This document shows, in pieces, positions 24,942 to 35,329 of a stretch of DNA of 40,942 nt. The stretch spans positions 67,213 through 108,154 of the forward strand of contig NW_025215353.1 in assembly GCF_004010195.1 (NCBI RefSeq), given 5' to 3'. The notes under the pieces were generated by a model. It was not told the DNA's origin and ran no database searches. It saw only the letters and a program-made list of their open reading frames with translations. Each line of letters opens with the position of its first letter. The first letter of the stretch is position 1. The position numbers and the translations under genes are program-made. This DNA is from Chiloscyllium plagiosum (taxonomy: Eukaryota).

Positions 24942-25649
24942 ATTAAGTGTATAAGTCCTGCTAAGATGTGATTTCCCAAAATGCAGCACCTCGTACTTAT
25001 CTGAATTAAACTCCATCTGCCACTTCTCAGCCCATTGGCCCATCTGGTCCTGATCCTGTTGTAATCTGAGGGAACATTTTTCGCTGTCCACTACACTGCT
25101 AATTATTGTGTCATCTGCAAACTTACTAACTGTACGTCTAATGCTCGTATCCAAATCATTTATGTAAATGACAAAAAGTAGAGAACTCAGCACCGATCCT
25201 TGTGGCCCTACACTGGTCACAGGCCTGCAGTTTGAAAGGCAACTCTCCACCACCACATTCTGTCATCTATCTTTGAGCCAAATCTAACATATAAACGTTT
25301 TGTCCTAATATCTCCTCTGTTTACATGAAAAGAACAGGGCATTTTCATAAAGCTTTCCATCTCAGTGCTAAACCAGCGCGTTCGGAGCTTCCCCCGGTTT
25401 ACGATCCCTCTGAAAAAAAGCAAGGGCACAGTATTCTTGTCAAAGCGAAAAGCTTTAAGAAAATAGCTTTGTGACAAGATATTTCAGTTACCTGCCTTTT
25501 TTTTGCGTCGTTGACAAATTTATTTAGAAAACCATTGTGCAACTTATTGAAAATGTTGATACAGGATGAATATATTTGAGGACATGGTACTGATCATTGA
25601 GACCCTTGAATCAGCGTTAACCATGAAATACTTTAAACCTGGAAGCATA

Positions 25650-25930
25650 TATTTCGGCCCATCGAGGTCATACTGACCACCTGAAAATAATTCAGTCACC
25701 CCGTAACCCTGAATTTCCCATGACAAATGCACCTACCCGGCACATCCCTACACACTATGGATGACATACCATTGCCTAGCGATCTGATGTGCAAACCTTT
25801 GTATTGTGGTTGAAGACCAGGGCACCCAGTTGACCATACAGCCACAGATATAATAGAAACTCCACCCAGAGAGTCACACGAATCCGGAACCCCATGATAT
25901 TAGACAGCTATGTTCATGATTGAGCCAATA
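25650..25930 (-). mobile_element. Highly decayed HE1-like SINE
   Basis: catatttcggcccatcgag...cacactatgg...aaactccacccagagagtcac...tgagcca aligns loosely to 26138-26434. Confidence 0.5.
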
Positions 25931-26137
25931 TGAAACAACTCGTTAGTTACTGGTAAATTGATAAAGATTATTAATCTCTCATTTTTCACTGTTACCGGCA
26001 AAATAACTCATTCACCCAGTACTCAGATGTAACAGCTTTGAATGGCTGAACGTTACATTTACTGTGTAAGATGTGTGACAGTTTAAAACATCTACTCCAA
26101 TTGCTGAGTCTCTGGCTTGAAATTCTGAATGATCTTT

Positions 26138-26434
26138 TTAGATTGCATACAGTATGGAAACAGGCCCTTCGGCCCTACAAGTCCACACCGACCTATACCA
26201 TTCCCCTCCATTTACCACTTATCTAACACTATGGGCGAATTTAACATGGCCAATTCACCTAACCTGCACATTTTTGGATTGTGGGAGGAAGCCGGAGCAC
26301 GCGGAGGAAACCCACGTAGACACAGGGAGAACGTGCAAACTCCACACAGCCAGTCGCTTGTGTGGAGTTCAATTGTCTGGCGGGTCTCTCGCGCTATGAG
26401 GAAGCATGCTAACCACTGTGCCACCGTGCCGCCC
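26138..26434 (-). mobile_element. tRNA-derived SINE (HE1-like)
   Basis: Minus 5' end gggcggcacggtggcacagtggttagca; central tgtggagtttgcacgttctccctgtgtct; tail gggccgaagggcctgtttccatactgta. Confidence 0.9.
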
Positions 26435-26459
26435 ACAGGTTCAGGTTTTCAACACTTGA

Positions 26460-27270
26460 TGTCTTGAATAGACTGCTTCAGTATAGTAGCCGTTCTGAAT
26501 GGTTTGGACATTTTAGAATTATCAGTGAACAGCCTACATCCAACTTTATGATGGCAGGAAGGTTGCAGGTGTTGATGACTCACAGTGTCTTTTGGGTGTC
26601 CAGTTTCGATTTGTTTGCTCCACTTGAATTACGTCCTACTTCTCAGGAGGTAGTGTCACAAATCACAGTGGACGGTATCTTCAATAATCAGGTGGATACT
26701 TTACATTCGCCAGGACTGTGTGCTCAGTCTCTTGCAGATACTGTTGGGGTCGAATAAATCTGCGAAAAGAGGTTTGGTGAGAATGCTTCCCTCTTGTTGG
26801 TTCACTCATTACTTCCTGAAGTCTGTCTACTGTGTACGTGAGACTCCGCCCTGCATTCGGCCTGTGGTGGGTCTGTGCATACAATCTTGTCGATTGAAAT
26901 TCAAGTCCGATACGCAGAGACTGCTCTCTGTGCATGTCACCCTCAGTGCTTTCTTCGACATGGTTTCATCCTCGGGGAGAATTTATTCATCACTGAGGTG
27001 TCGTATGTGTGGTAGTAGATATCCATCATCAAGCGATTTTCTTCACTGCTTTTGAGCACTTAATATGAAATTTCCTGAGCTTTACAATCATTGTTGACGA
27101 ATTCCAGGGTAATTCATTTCTTGTCTGTATACCACAGTGCCACCAACACTGATAGGTCTCTCCTGCAGGTGGGACAGTATGGTGATGGGGCTTAATGAAA
27201 CATTACCGAACAGGTCTGATTTTGTGAGCATGACGGTGTCAGATTGTTTCCTGAATAGTCAAAATACAGA
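26460..27270 (-). mobile_element. Decayed LINE endonuclease region, same family as 4100-6700
   Basis: Minus-strand LQEVMSEPTRGKH matches the L.Q.V.EPTRG.N.LDL motif of AP-endonuclease LINEs and the plus-strand copy near 4655-4720. Confidence 0.6.
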
Positions 27271-27640
27271 TTAATGGCAACAATGGAGCAGAGGATAATG
27301 GGTTAAAAAGTGGAATGAAAGCCAATCAATTAGAATATGTATTTTATTCTCGAGAACATTGAGGAATTGAATGGACACACTGAGGGAAAATAATATGATT
27401 TAATTAAAATGGCTGCAGGGTGACGGATATTGAGAAGTGAAAATCCAGACGAGTTTGGTTTTAATTTGCTTTGTTCTATGATAAAGGAATTGCACCCATA
27501 AATTCGGAAAAAAAATCTGAGAACAAATCATCAAGGTATTGCCATGGGAAATTCGCTCACTGATATTCCCCAAAATATTCTTTAGACAACATTCTCCGTA
27601 AGATTCTACAACCAACATTCTCCAGAACATTGTGTGACTG

Positions 27641-28590
27641 NNNNNNNNNNNNNNNNNNNNNNNNNNNNNNNNNNNNNNNNNNNNNNNNNNNNNNNNNNNN
27701 NNNNNNNNNNNNNNNNNNNNNNNNNNNNNNNNNNNNNNNNNNNNNNNNNNNNNNNNNNNNNNNNNNNNNNNNNNNNNNNNNNNNNNNNNNNNNNNNNNNN
27801 NNNNNNNNNNNNNNNNNNNNNNNNNNNNNNNNNNNNNNNNNNNNNNNNNNNNNNNNNNNNNNNNNNNNNNNNNNNNNNNNNNNNNNNNNNNNNNNNNNNN
27901 NNNNNNNNNNNNNNNNNNNNNNNNNNNNNNNNNNNNNNNNNNNNNNNNNNNNNNNNNNNNNNNNNNNNNNNNNNNNNNNNNNNNNNNNNNNNNNNNNNNN
28001 NNNNNNNNNNNNNNNNNNNNNNNNNNNNNNNNNNNNNNNNNNNNNNNNNNNNNNNNNNNNNNNNNNNNNNNNNNNNNNNNNNNNNNNNNNNNNNNNNNNN
28101 NNNNNNNNNNNNNNNNNNNNNNNNNNNNNNNNNNNNNNNNNNNNNNNNNNNNNNNNNNNNNNNNNNNNNNNNNNNNNNNNNNNNNNNNNNNNNNNNNNNN
28201 NNNNNNNNNNNNNNNNNNNNNNNNNNNNNNNNNNNNNNNNNNNNNNNNNNNNNNNNNNNNNNNNNNNNNNNNNNNNNNNNNNNNNNNNNNNNNNNNNNNN
28301 NNNNNNNNNNNNNNNNNNNNNNNNNNNNNNNNNNNNNNNNNNNNNNNNNNNNNNNNNNNNNNNNNNNNNNNNNNNNNNNNNNNNNNNNNNNNNNNNNNNN
28401 NNNNNNNNNNNNNNNNNNNNNNNNNNNNNNNNNNNNNNNNNNNNNNNNNNNNNNNNNNNNNNNNNNNNNNNNNNNNNNNNNNNNNNNNNNNNNNNNNNNN
28501 NNNNNNNNNNNNNNNNNNNNNNNNNNNNNNNNNNNNNNNNNNNNNNNNNNNNNNNNNNNNNNNNNNNNNNNNNNNNNNNNNNNNNNNNNN
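27641..28590. other. Assembly gap
   Basis: N run. Confidence 1.
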
Positions 28591-28859
28591 TGAACTTTTT
28601 GCAATTAATGTCAGAAGCCAAACTTTGATTTCACCCAGCCAATTCATAATCATCAGTCATTCCGGCTGTTATTCCTGCAGTTTTAACTCTCTGCTCTTTC
28701 GCATGAGTTTTCCCTCCCTCAGGAAGCGAATTTTTGAACTCTCCCAAAGAATTTGTCTCTCTTAGAGCGACATAAGCTTGATCTTTTCCCTTATCCGTCT
28801 GTCAAAACTATGTTTGATCCTTTCAAACTCTGTGCACATTTAATCAGATTTCTTCCGTC

Positions 28860-29815
28860 GATTCCAAAAGCTGGACCATCAACTTCCTGACCCAGACCAC
28901 TTTCAGTGAAGATGGACACCAGCACTTCCTTCATGATAATTGCCCTGTACACTCCTGGCTGGGTGGCCAAATTTCACCCGAATTCCGTCTGCGGTTCGCT
29001 AACGACATCACAGTTGCAGGCCGGATATCAAACAATGATGAAACAGAATACAGGGAAGAGATAAAGTGCTTGGTAGAATGGTGCAAAGATGACAATCTCT
29101 CCCTCAGTGTCAGATAAACTGCAGAGCTGATCATCAACTTCAGGGAGTAAGGAGGACAGCACCCCCACCCCCCAATTTACATCGATGGAGCTGTGGAGAG
29201 GGCCGAGAACATCTGGTGTGTCGGAGTGACTCTCGGAGTGAGTCTGCCCTGTCCCTCCCACGTTGAAGCAAGCATCAAGTAGGCACAACGCCGCCTCTTC
29301 TTCCTCAGGGGGCTAAGGGAATGCAGCATATCCATCTGGCTCCTCACGAACATTTACAGATGTCCCATTGAAAGCATTCTGTCCGGGTGTGTCATGGTTT
29401 GGTAGGGTAACCGCTCTGCCCAGGACTGTAAGAAACTACAGAGGGTTGTGAACACAGCCCAGTCCATCACACCTTCCACACACTGACTCCATCTGCATTT
29501 CCTGCTGCCTCAGAAAGACAGCTGGCATCATCATAGACCCCTCCCACCCTCGTCCATCAGGCAGAAGATACCAAACACGTGGACCAACACATTCAAGAAC
29601 AATGCCTTCCCCGCTGTTATTAGACTCTGGAATGGACCTCTCAAATCTCAAATCTAATGTTAACCTTGCTTTTCGTGCAGCTCCTTGTATTGCCAAGTCT
29701 GTTTAATCACTCAATGATCTTTGTATGTTATGATCTCCCTGTACTGAATGCAAGACACAAGTTTTCACTGTACTCAGGTGCGTGTGCCAATAATAAGTCA
29801 AATTAAAACAAATGA
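28860..29815 (+). mobile_element. Rex1/Babar-type LINE 3' fragment
   Basis: From 28995 reads FANDITVAGRISNNDETEYREEIKCLVEWCKDDNLSLSVR*TAELIINFR; later FYRCPIESILSGC and LQRVVNTAQSIT; A-rich end near 29790-29820. Confidence 0.85.
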
Positions 29816-29821
29816 AATCAA

Positions 29822-30075
29822 ACGTTGCCTGTAGGCTTGTGGCATTAGCTCATATCCACTTCAGATATCTGTTTTCACCTGGTCAGCCTCCCCAGATAGC
29901 TCCACTGACAGCGATGCAAATATCTCACTAGCTCTATCTACCGACTGTGTTCGGACCAACAATACCAACACGGTGAGCGGGCATTTCATTTGTTTAGCCA
30001 CTTTCTCAAAGGAGATGAAAAAGGCTTCTACAGGCCTCTCATCCAACTGAGGCAATGTTTGGACATATTAAAACG
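29822..30075 (-). mobile_element. Gypsy (Gmr1-like) LTR retrotransposon gag fragment
   Basis: PQLDERPVEAFFISFEKVAKQMKCP...RASEIFASLS...QVKTDI, then AHKPTGN / ELMPQAYRQR-like sequence after a frameshift; typical of SCAN-related Gypsy gag. Confidence 0.8.
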
Positions 30076-30099
30076 GATCCTTGTCAAAGGCAAAGTCAG

Positions 30100-30410
30100 T
30101 GAAATAGATTGTCTCACACACATTTCTAGCAGCAGGAAGAGAGCCCAAGCTTTCAGCTGTTGTAAATACAGAGAGAGAAAGAGTGAGACAGGATGCAGCA
30201 ACTTGCACAGCTTCAACAGTGACTGAAAGCTGAAATAAAACTCCTGGTTCTGGGGAAACTTGATCCCACCCATTCAGGATGCTTCTATTGTTCTAACTTG
30301 AAAACAAACCCAAGGCCTCACGAACTCTTTACTTTGTTGGCCTTGAGCACACCACTCAGAATCACTCTCTTAATAATCAAAACCAGGAAAAAAATACACC
30401 CCTTATAACC
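30100..30410 (-). mobile_element. Probable LTR fragment next to the Gypsy gag piece
   Basis: Non-coding, adjacent to gag, resembles recalled shark Gypsy LTRs; termini not confirmed. Confidence 0.4.
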
Positions 30411-30899
30411 TGATATCTTCAAGCAGATACTCCCAAGTATTCTGTCAATTTTCAGCAGACCTCGGCCCTCTCTTAGACATTCAATGAAATCCAGAGCCGA
30501 TTGCTCCCCCAGGATTGGCAATTCCCAGGATTAGACCCTGACCTGGCCCCATGACCTCCTCTGTATCAGATCCTCTCATTCTCGTCTTTGATTGGGATCC
30601 CCTCCTGATCAGTTCCAACTTACTTAAGGATAAGAGGACTCTTCCTGAATTAGAAATAATCTTCATGGGCGCTGAAGATATTTAATGCAGAGTAACTGAG
30701 AGTGAGTGAGGGATGTGCAGAGAAAAAGTGGATGCTCTGCCGCGCAGGAGATGTGATAGGAAATTGGGTGTGACCACCCTGTCATCTTTATATCAATAGA
30801 GGACACCGACCCTCCAAGTAAGGGACCCCCATCACCTCCTTTCTGAGTCCCCACCCTCCATTACCCACAAAGCGTATCAAAGAAACGGGAACAATGGTT

Positions 30900-31870
30900 A
30901 TAATTTAATTTTGAGTGTTACGTGTTTGAAGGTATGTACTGTACCTCTAGCAGTGAGTGAATGCTATTCAGAACTGAGAGCTTAAAGAGCAGTCTCAGAT
31001 TGTACTCAAAAATTGAAAATATGCAACATTTGGCTGTGAGTTGGCAGCTGTTTTCACAACAATTCAAATTTAACCAATCATTTTAACTTAGGCCTCAGCA
31101 TACTAAAATCCAATCGAATTTGTATTTATTGTTTTACCAACATCAAACCAACGAGATGATCCGATGTTTAGGGTACTTAAAAAGCAGGTGGTGTGAAAAT
31201 CAGAGAGAGCAACCGCCATTGAGAAAGAACCAAGACATTGAAACGCTCCCTATTAAAGGTAGCTTTTCATATGTAATGCATTCACAATAAAAAGAAAGAA
31301 GATGACCCAGGGAGATATTCACCCGGAAGAAGAAAAACTCTGAAGTTGACGTGTGGTTTTGAAATTAAATAAGATTCCCGACAGCATGGAAACAGGCCCT
31401 TCAGCCCAACAAGTCCACACCAACTCACCCATACTGATGCACCTAACACTGTGGCCAATTCACCTGACCTGTGGGAGGAAACCAGAGCACACCCACAGGG
31501 AGAATGTGCAACTCCACACAGCCAGTTGCCCAAGGCTGGAATCGAACCCGGTGCTATCAGGCAGCAGTGCTAACCACTGAGCCACCATGCCACCCTAAGT
31601 TGATGCCATTTTAACAAGTGTTTTATTAGAACACTATATTGTCAGAGTTGGAGGCAGGTAATAAGGATTTAAGAGAAAGGGAGGCTTAGAGTTGTGGATA
31701 GTTGTCATTAAAGTTCACTTTTAGGCTTAAGAACAATTTGATATTATATTATTTAAATAGCCGAATGTGGGAGCTCTTTGTCACTCACATTACAACAGAT
31801 TACAAGGTGAGGTGAGCTTTTCTGGGGTTTTAGTTTAATTAACACTGGGGTTCACCGGCAGCTCATAACA
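30900..31870 (+). mobile_element. Probable solo LTR interrupted by a SINE
   Basis: tgtta at 30916 and taaca ending at 31870 form short inverted termini; CCAAT motifs and aataaa (~31286) inside; no TSD seen. Confidence 0.45.
31374..31595 (-). mobile_element. tRNA-derived SINE (HE1-like) with internal deletions
   Basis: Minus 5' end gggtggcatggtggctcagtggttagcac (A box)...gggttcgattcc (B box); CR1-like tail gggctgaagggcctgtttcc; taag on both sides (31370-31373, 31596-31599). Confidence 0.9.
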
Positions 31871-31899
31871 CTAGCAAGATCTCATAGTGCCTCTGAAAG

Positions 31900-33420
31900 C
31901 CCCATACACTCACCACTCTCTGAATGAAGAATTTCCTCCTCATCTCAACCGGATTCTCCTGCCTTCTCCCTGTAACCGTTGCTCCCTGAACTAACCAAAG
32001 AAGGTATCTATATCTGTCTTAACTGCACTCCATGAGTTGGCCTTCACATCCCTCTGTGACAATCAGTCCCACAGGCCCCCCACCTCATTCCTCCTCATCA
32101 CGATTCTGAAGGGTTATCCCTTCACTCTCAGGCTGTTTCCTCAGGCCCTACTCTCTCCTCCTGGTGGAAACATCTTCTCCATGTCCCCTCGATCCAGACC
32201 ACTCGGTATTCTGTAAGTTACGCCTTCATCCTCCCAAAATCCATTGAGTGCAGACCCAGAGTCCTCAACCTCTCCTCGTATGACAGGGACCTTCATCCCC
32301 GGGACCACTCTTGTCAACCTCCTCTGGGTCCCCTCCAACGCCAGCACATCATTCCGGAGATACAGGGCCCCAAATTGCTGACAAAATCCAAATACGGTCT
32401 GACCAGAGCCTTATGCAGCCTCAGAGATACTTCTATATTGTAGCTGTCGAGAATCAAATGCTAACATTGCAATTGCCTTCATAACTGCCAACTGAGCCTT
32501 CAGATTTCCGAAGCCTTTCCCCATTTAGTATCAGTCTGCACCTCGACACTTCCTAGCACCATGCATAACCTCCCACTCCTCTACATTGTTTTCCATCTGC
32601 CATTTCTTTGATCACTCAGCTAGCCAGTCCAGGTCCTTCTGCAGCCTCCCTGCTTTCTCAACACTACCTGCCCATCCACCTATCTCTGAGTAATCTACAA
32701 CCTTAGCAATACTCAATGGAGTCGAGAGCCATACCAGCCATGATCAAAAGGTAGAGCAGACTTGATGGGCCGAATGGCCTAATTCTACTCCTATACCTTA
32801 CAGTCTTTTGGAAATGTATCGTAGGCCAGGAGAGAGAAAAGGCCCAGTGAGTCACCCCATCACTTACTGACTCAGCAGGAAACAGGAAGCCAGGGAAAAG
32901 GGTTGGACACTGCTCAGCGCAAATTTCCAATCGGAGATGATTCCTTTCAACACAGTGTCGAACATATTGGATTGGGAATCATATCAGCACTGTTTGAGCA
33001 ATACTTTATGCAGGGAAGACTCGTCTAACAAATTTGAATAAGGTTTTCAAGGAGGTCGCTAGGTGTGTAGTTGATATGGATTTCAGCAAGGCATTTGACA
33101 AGGACCAACATGGGGAACTGATACATAGAACATAGAACAATACAGCGCAGCACAGGCCCTTCGGCCCTCAATGTTGCGCCGACCCGTGAACTATTCTCAG
33201 CTCGTCCCCCTACAATATCCCAAAATCATCCATGTGTTTATCTATACAGAAGGTAAAAGCCCCTGGCATCAAGGGTGACTTAACAAGATAGATCTAGCAT
33301 TGACTTTGTGACAGGAGATAGGATTGGCCGAACAGGAAAGGTGGGAGAAAATGCATTGATCCTTCAGAGACCCACACCAACACGATGGGCTGAATGGCCA
33401 TTTTTTACATATCATTCTAT
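31900..33420. mobile_element. Nested CR1 fragments in both orientations
   Basis: Minus LALEGTQRRLTRVVPGMK (32141-32347); plus tail 32725-32800; plus RT piece DMDFSKAFDK..HG.L at ~33070-33120, interrupted by a minus-strand CR1 3' end (33126-33243) flanked by ataca. Confidence 0.8.
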
Positions 33421-33709
33421 GTTACACAACTTCAGCTTTTAGAACAATTTCTTGTGTAAAATAATCATTTCCTCTAATCGATGGCTGTAAAATGTTGACA
33501 GCAAACTACCCAAAGACAGAACTCATTCCAACTTGAAGTGGAACTCATCTGTTTTGAGACTGTGCAATTTCCGTTCGTGACAATGCTCAAGGTGAGGGAA
33601 AACATGTTACATCTGTTCTCTCAATGAAGTCTTACACAGCCCCAGCTTCGGTCTCTCACTTTCTCCCTCTCTCGGATGGAAGTATATTGTCAGAACAAAC
33701 ATGATTATT

Positions 33710-34188
33710 CACTCAGTGCTTACCCTGCAACAGCACAGCAGTCCCTCAGTACTGACCCTCTGACAGTGCAGCACTCCCTCAATACTGAGCCTCTGACAGT
33801 GCGGCACTCCCTCAGTACTACTCCTCTAACAGTGCAGCACTCGCTCAGTACTGACCCACTGACAGTGCAGCACTCCCTCAGTACTGATCCTCCGACAGTG
33901 CAGCACTCCCTCAGTACTGATCCCCTGACAGTGCATCACTCCCGCAGTACTGATCCCCTGACAGTGCGGCACTCCCTCAGTGTGGACCCTCTGACAGTGC
34001 GGCACTCCCTCAGTACTCACCCTCTGACAGCGCGGCACTCCCTCAGTACTGACCCTCAGACAGTGCGGCACTCCCTCACTACTGACGCTCTGACAGTGCA
34101 GCACTCCCTCAGTACTGACCCTCTGACAGTGCGGCACTCTCTCAGTCCTGACCCTCTGACAGTTCAGCTGTCCCTCCGTACTGACCCT
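33710..34188 (+). repeat. 33-bp minisatellite (cagtactgaccctctgacagtgc[a/g]gcactccct)n running into a gap
   Basis: About 14 copies visible; produces the 11-aa periodic translation HSLSTDPLTVR. Confidence 0.97.
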
Positions 34189-34476
34189 NNNNNNNNNNNN
34201 NNNNNNNNNNNNNNNNNNNNNNNNNNNNNNNNNNNNNNNNNNNNNNNNNNNNNNNNNNNNNNNNNNNNNNNNNNNNNNNNNNNNNNNNNNNNNNNNNNNN
34301 NNNNNNNNNNNNNNNNNNNNNNNNNNNNNNNNNNNNNNNNNNNNNNNNNNNNNNNNNNNNNNNNNNNNNNNNNNNNNNNNNNNNNNNNNNNNNNNNNNNN
34401 NNNNNNNNNNNNNNNNNNNNNNNNNNNNNNNNNNNNNNNNNNNNNNNNNNNNNNNNNNNNNNNNNNNNNNNNNNNN
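34189..34476. other. Assembly gap
   Basis: N run. Confidence 1.
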
Positions 34477-34795
34477 GTCCAGGTTGTGTGCAATCTCAGT
34501 CAGTCTGCACCAGGAGTAGTGTGTGCAGTTTTGGTCTCCATATCTCAGGAAGGATATGATTCCCATAAAGGGAGTACAAGAGTGTTTCACCCCAGACTTG
34601 TCCCTCAGATAGAGGCACTGTCGTTTGGAGAGCAGTTGGTCAAACTGGGCCTGTGTTCTCAAGAGGTAATTTTACTGAATATAGTTAAGGGTTTCGCAGG
34701 GTAGATGCAGGTGAGATGTCATCCATAGCGGAGCGGTCCTGAACCAGAGAGATATCACATTAATGGACCAAATGGCCTACTCCTGTTTCTATGTG
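34477..34795 (+). mobile_element. CR1 LINE 3' fragment
   Basis: HQE*CVQFWSPYLRKDM-like translation at ~34508-34560; tail ggaccaaatggcctactcctgtttctatg. Confidence 0.75.
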
Positions 34796-35329
34796 ATCCG
34801 AGATGTGAGCTCTCTTTGACAGACTGCAGGAAATCCCTGACATCATGTTTCTGTGGATGAGGGGATCCGGGAGGGGAGATGTGCAGGTAAAGGACAGGCA
34901 GAGGCTGTAGCTGATAAAGACGAGCTTCCTCCTGGCAATGGGGCAGTCAGGAGGAGATTTCCTTTGGTGCTGGATGTCTCCCTCTAGTTGTCCAGATCCA
35001 GGAGACTGGGATGGTCCAGGATTACTGCTGTGCACATATAACCTAACCAGCCACTGTCCCTCACTATCAATGAAGGAGATGTACATCACCTCGTCCAGAT
35101 CACACAGTAATCACCAGCATATATGCAGATATCATCCAAGGTGAACTGTGTTTCAATTGCAGCTGTTTATCAGAGACAATGGTTTACATCGACATAATTT
35201 CAGTTTGAGAGACTTTTGTCAGTATTAGAGGACGGCATGAACCAGCCCATTGAATGACTGAGCTTCCCATCCAATTGCAGTACACATAATTACATCTGGC
35301 CTTCCGCAGGATCCCAATGTACAACATAC

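Larger units (their letters stand above)
24576..25282 (-). mobile_element. CR1 LINE RT fragment in intron 1 of the GPR139-like gene
   Basis: GPQGSVLSSLLFVIYINDLD...SKFADDT...WAEKWQMEFNSDK..VLHFG and HSSLKVESQVDRIVKKAFGMLSFI...LEHCVQFWSP. Confidence 0.95.

Noticed and set aside
26385..26434. tRNA gene (also 31540-31595 and 850-926)
   Set aside because: These are tRNA-derived SINE heads continuing into SINE bodies, with no complete cloverleaf.
27400..28653. Long ORFs of 319-417 aa
   Set aside because: Artefacts of translating the N gap.
33676..34704. 342-aa ORF with an 11-aa repeat
   Set aside because: Translation of a 33-bp minisatellite that runs through Ns into a CR1 fragment.
34760..35150. 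Minus-strand peptides VFISYS (TIR-like) and LDHPSLLDL / VLYLH / PLIHRN (kinase-like) downstream of the GVIN stop
   Set aside because: The motifs fall in different frames with wrong spacing and give mutually inconsistent alignments; more likely 3' UTR. A BLASTx of this interval would settle it.
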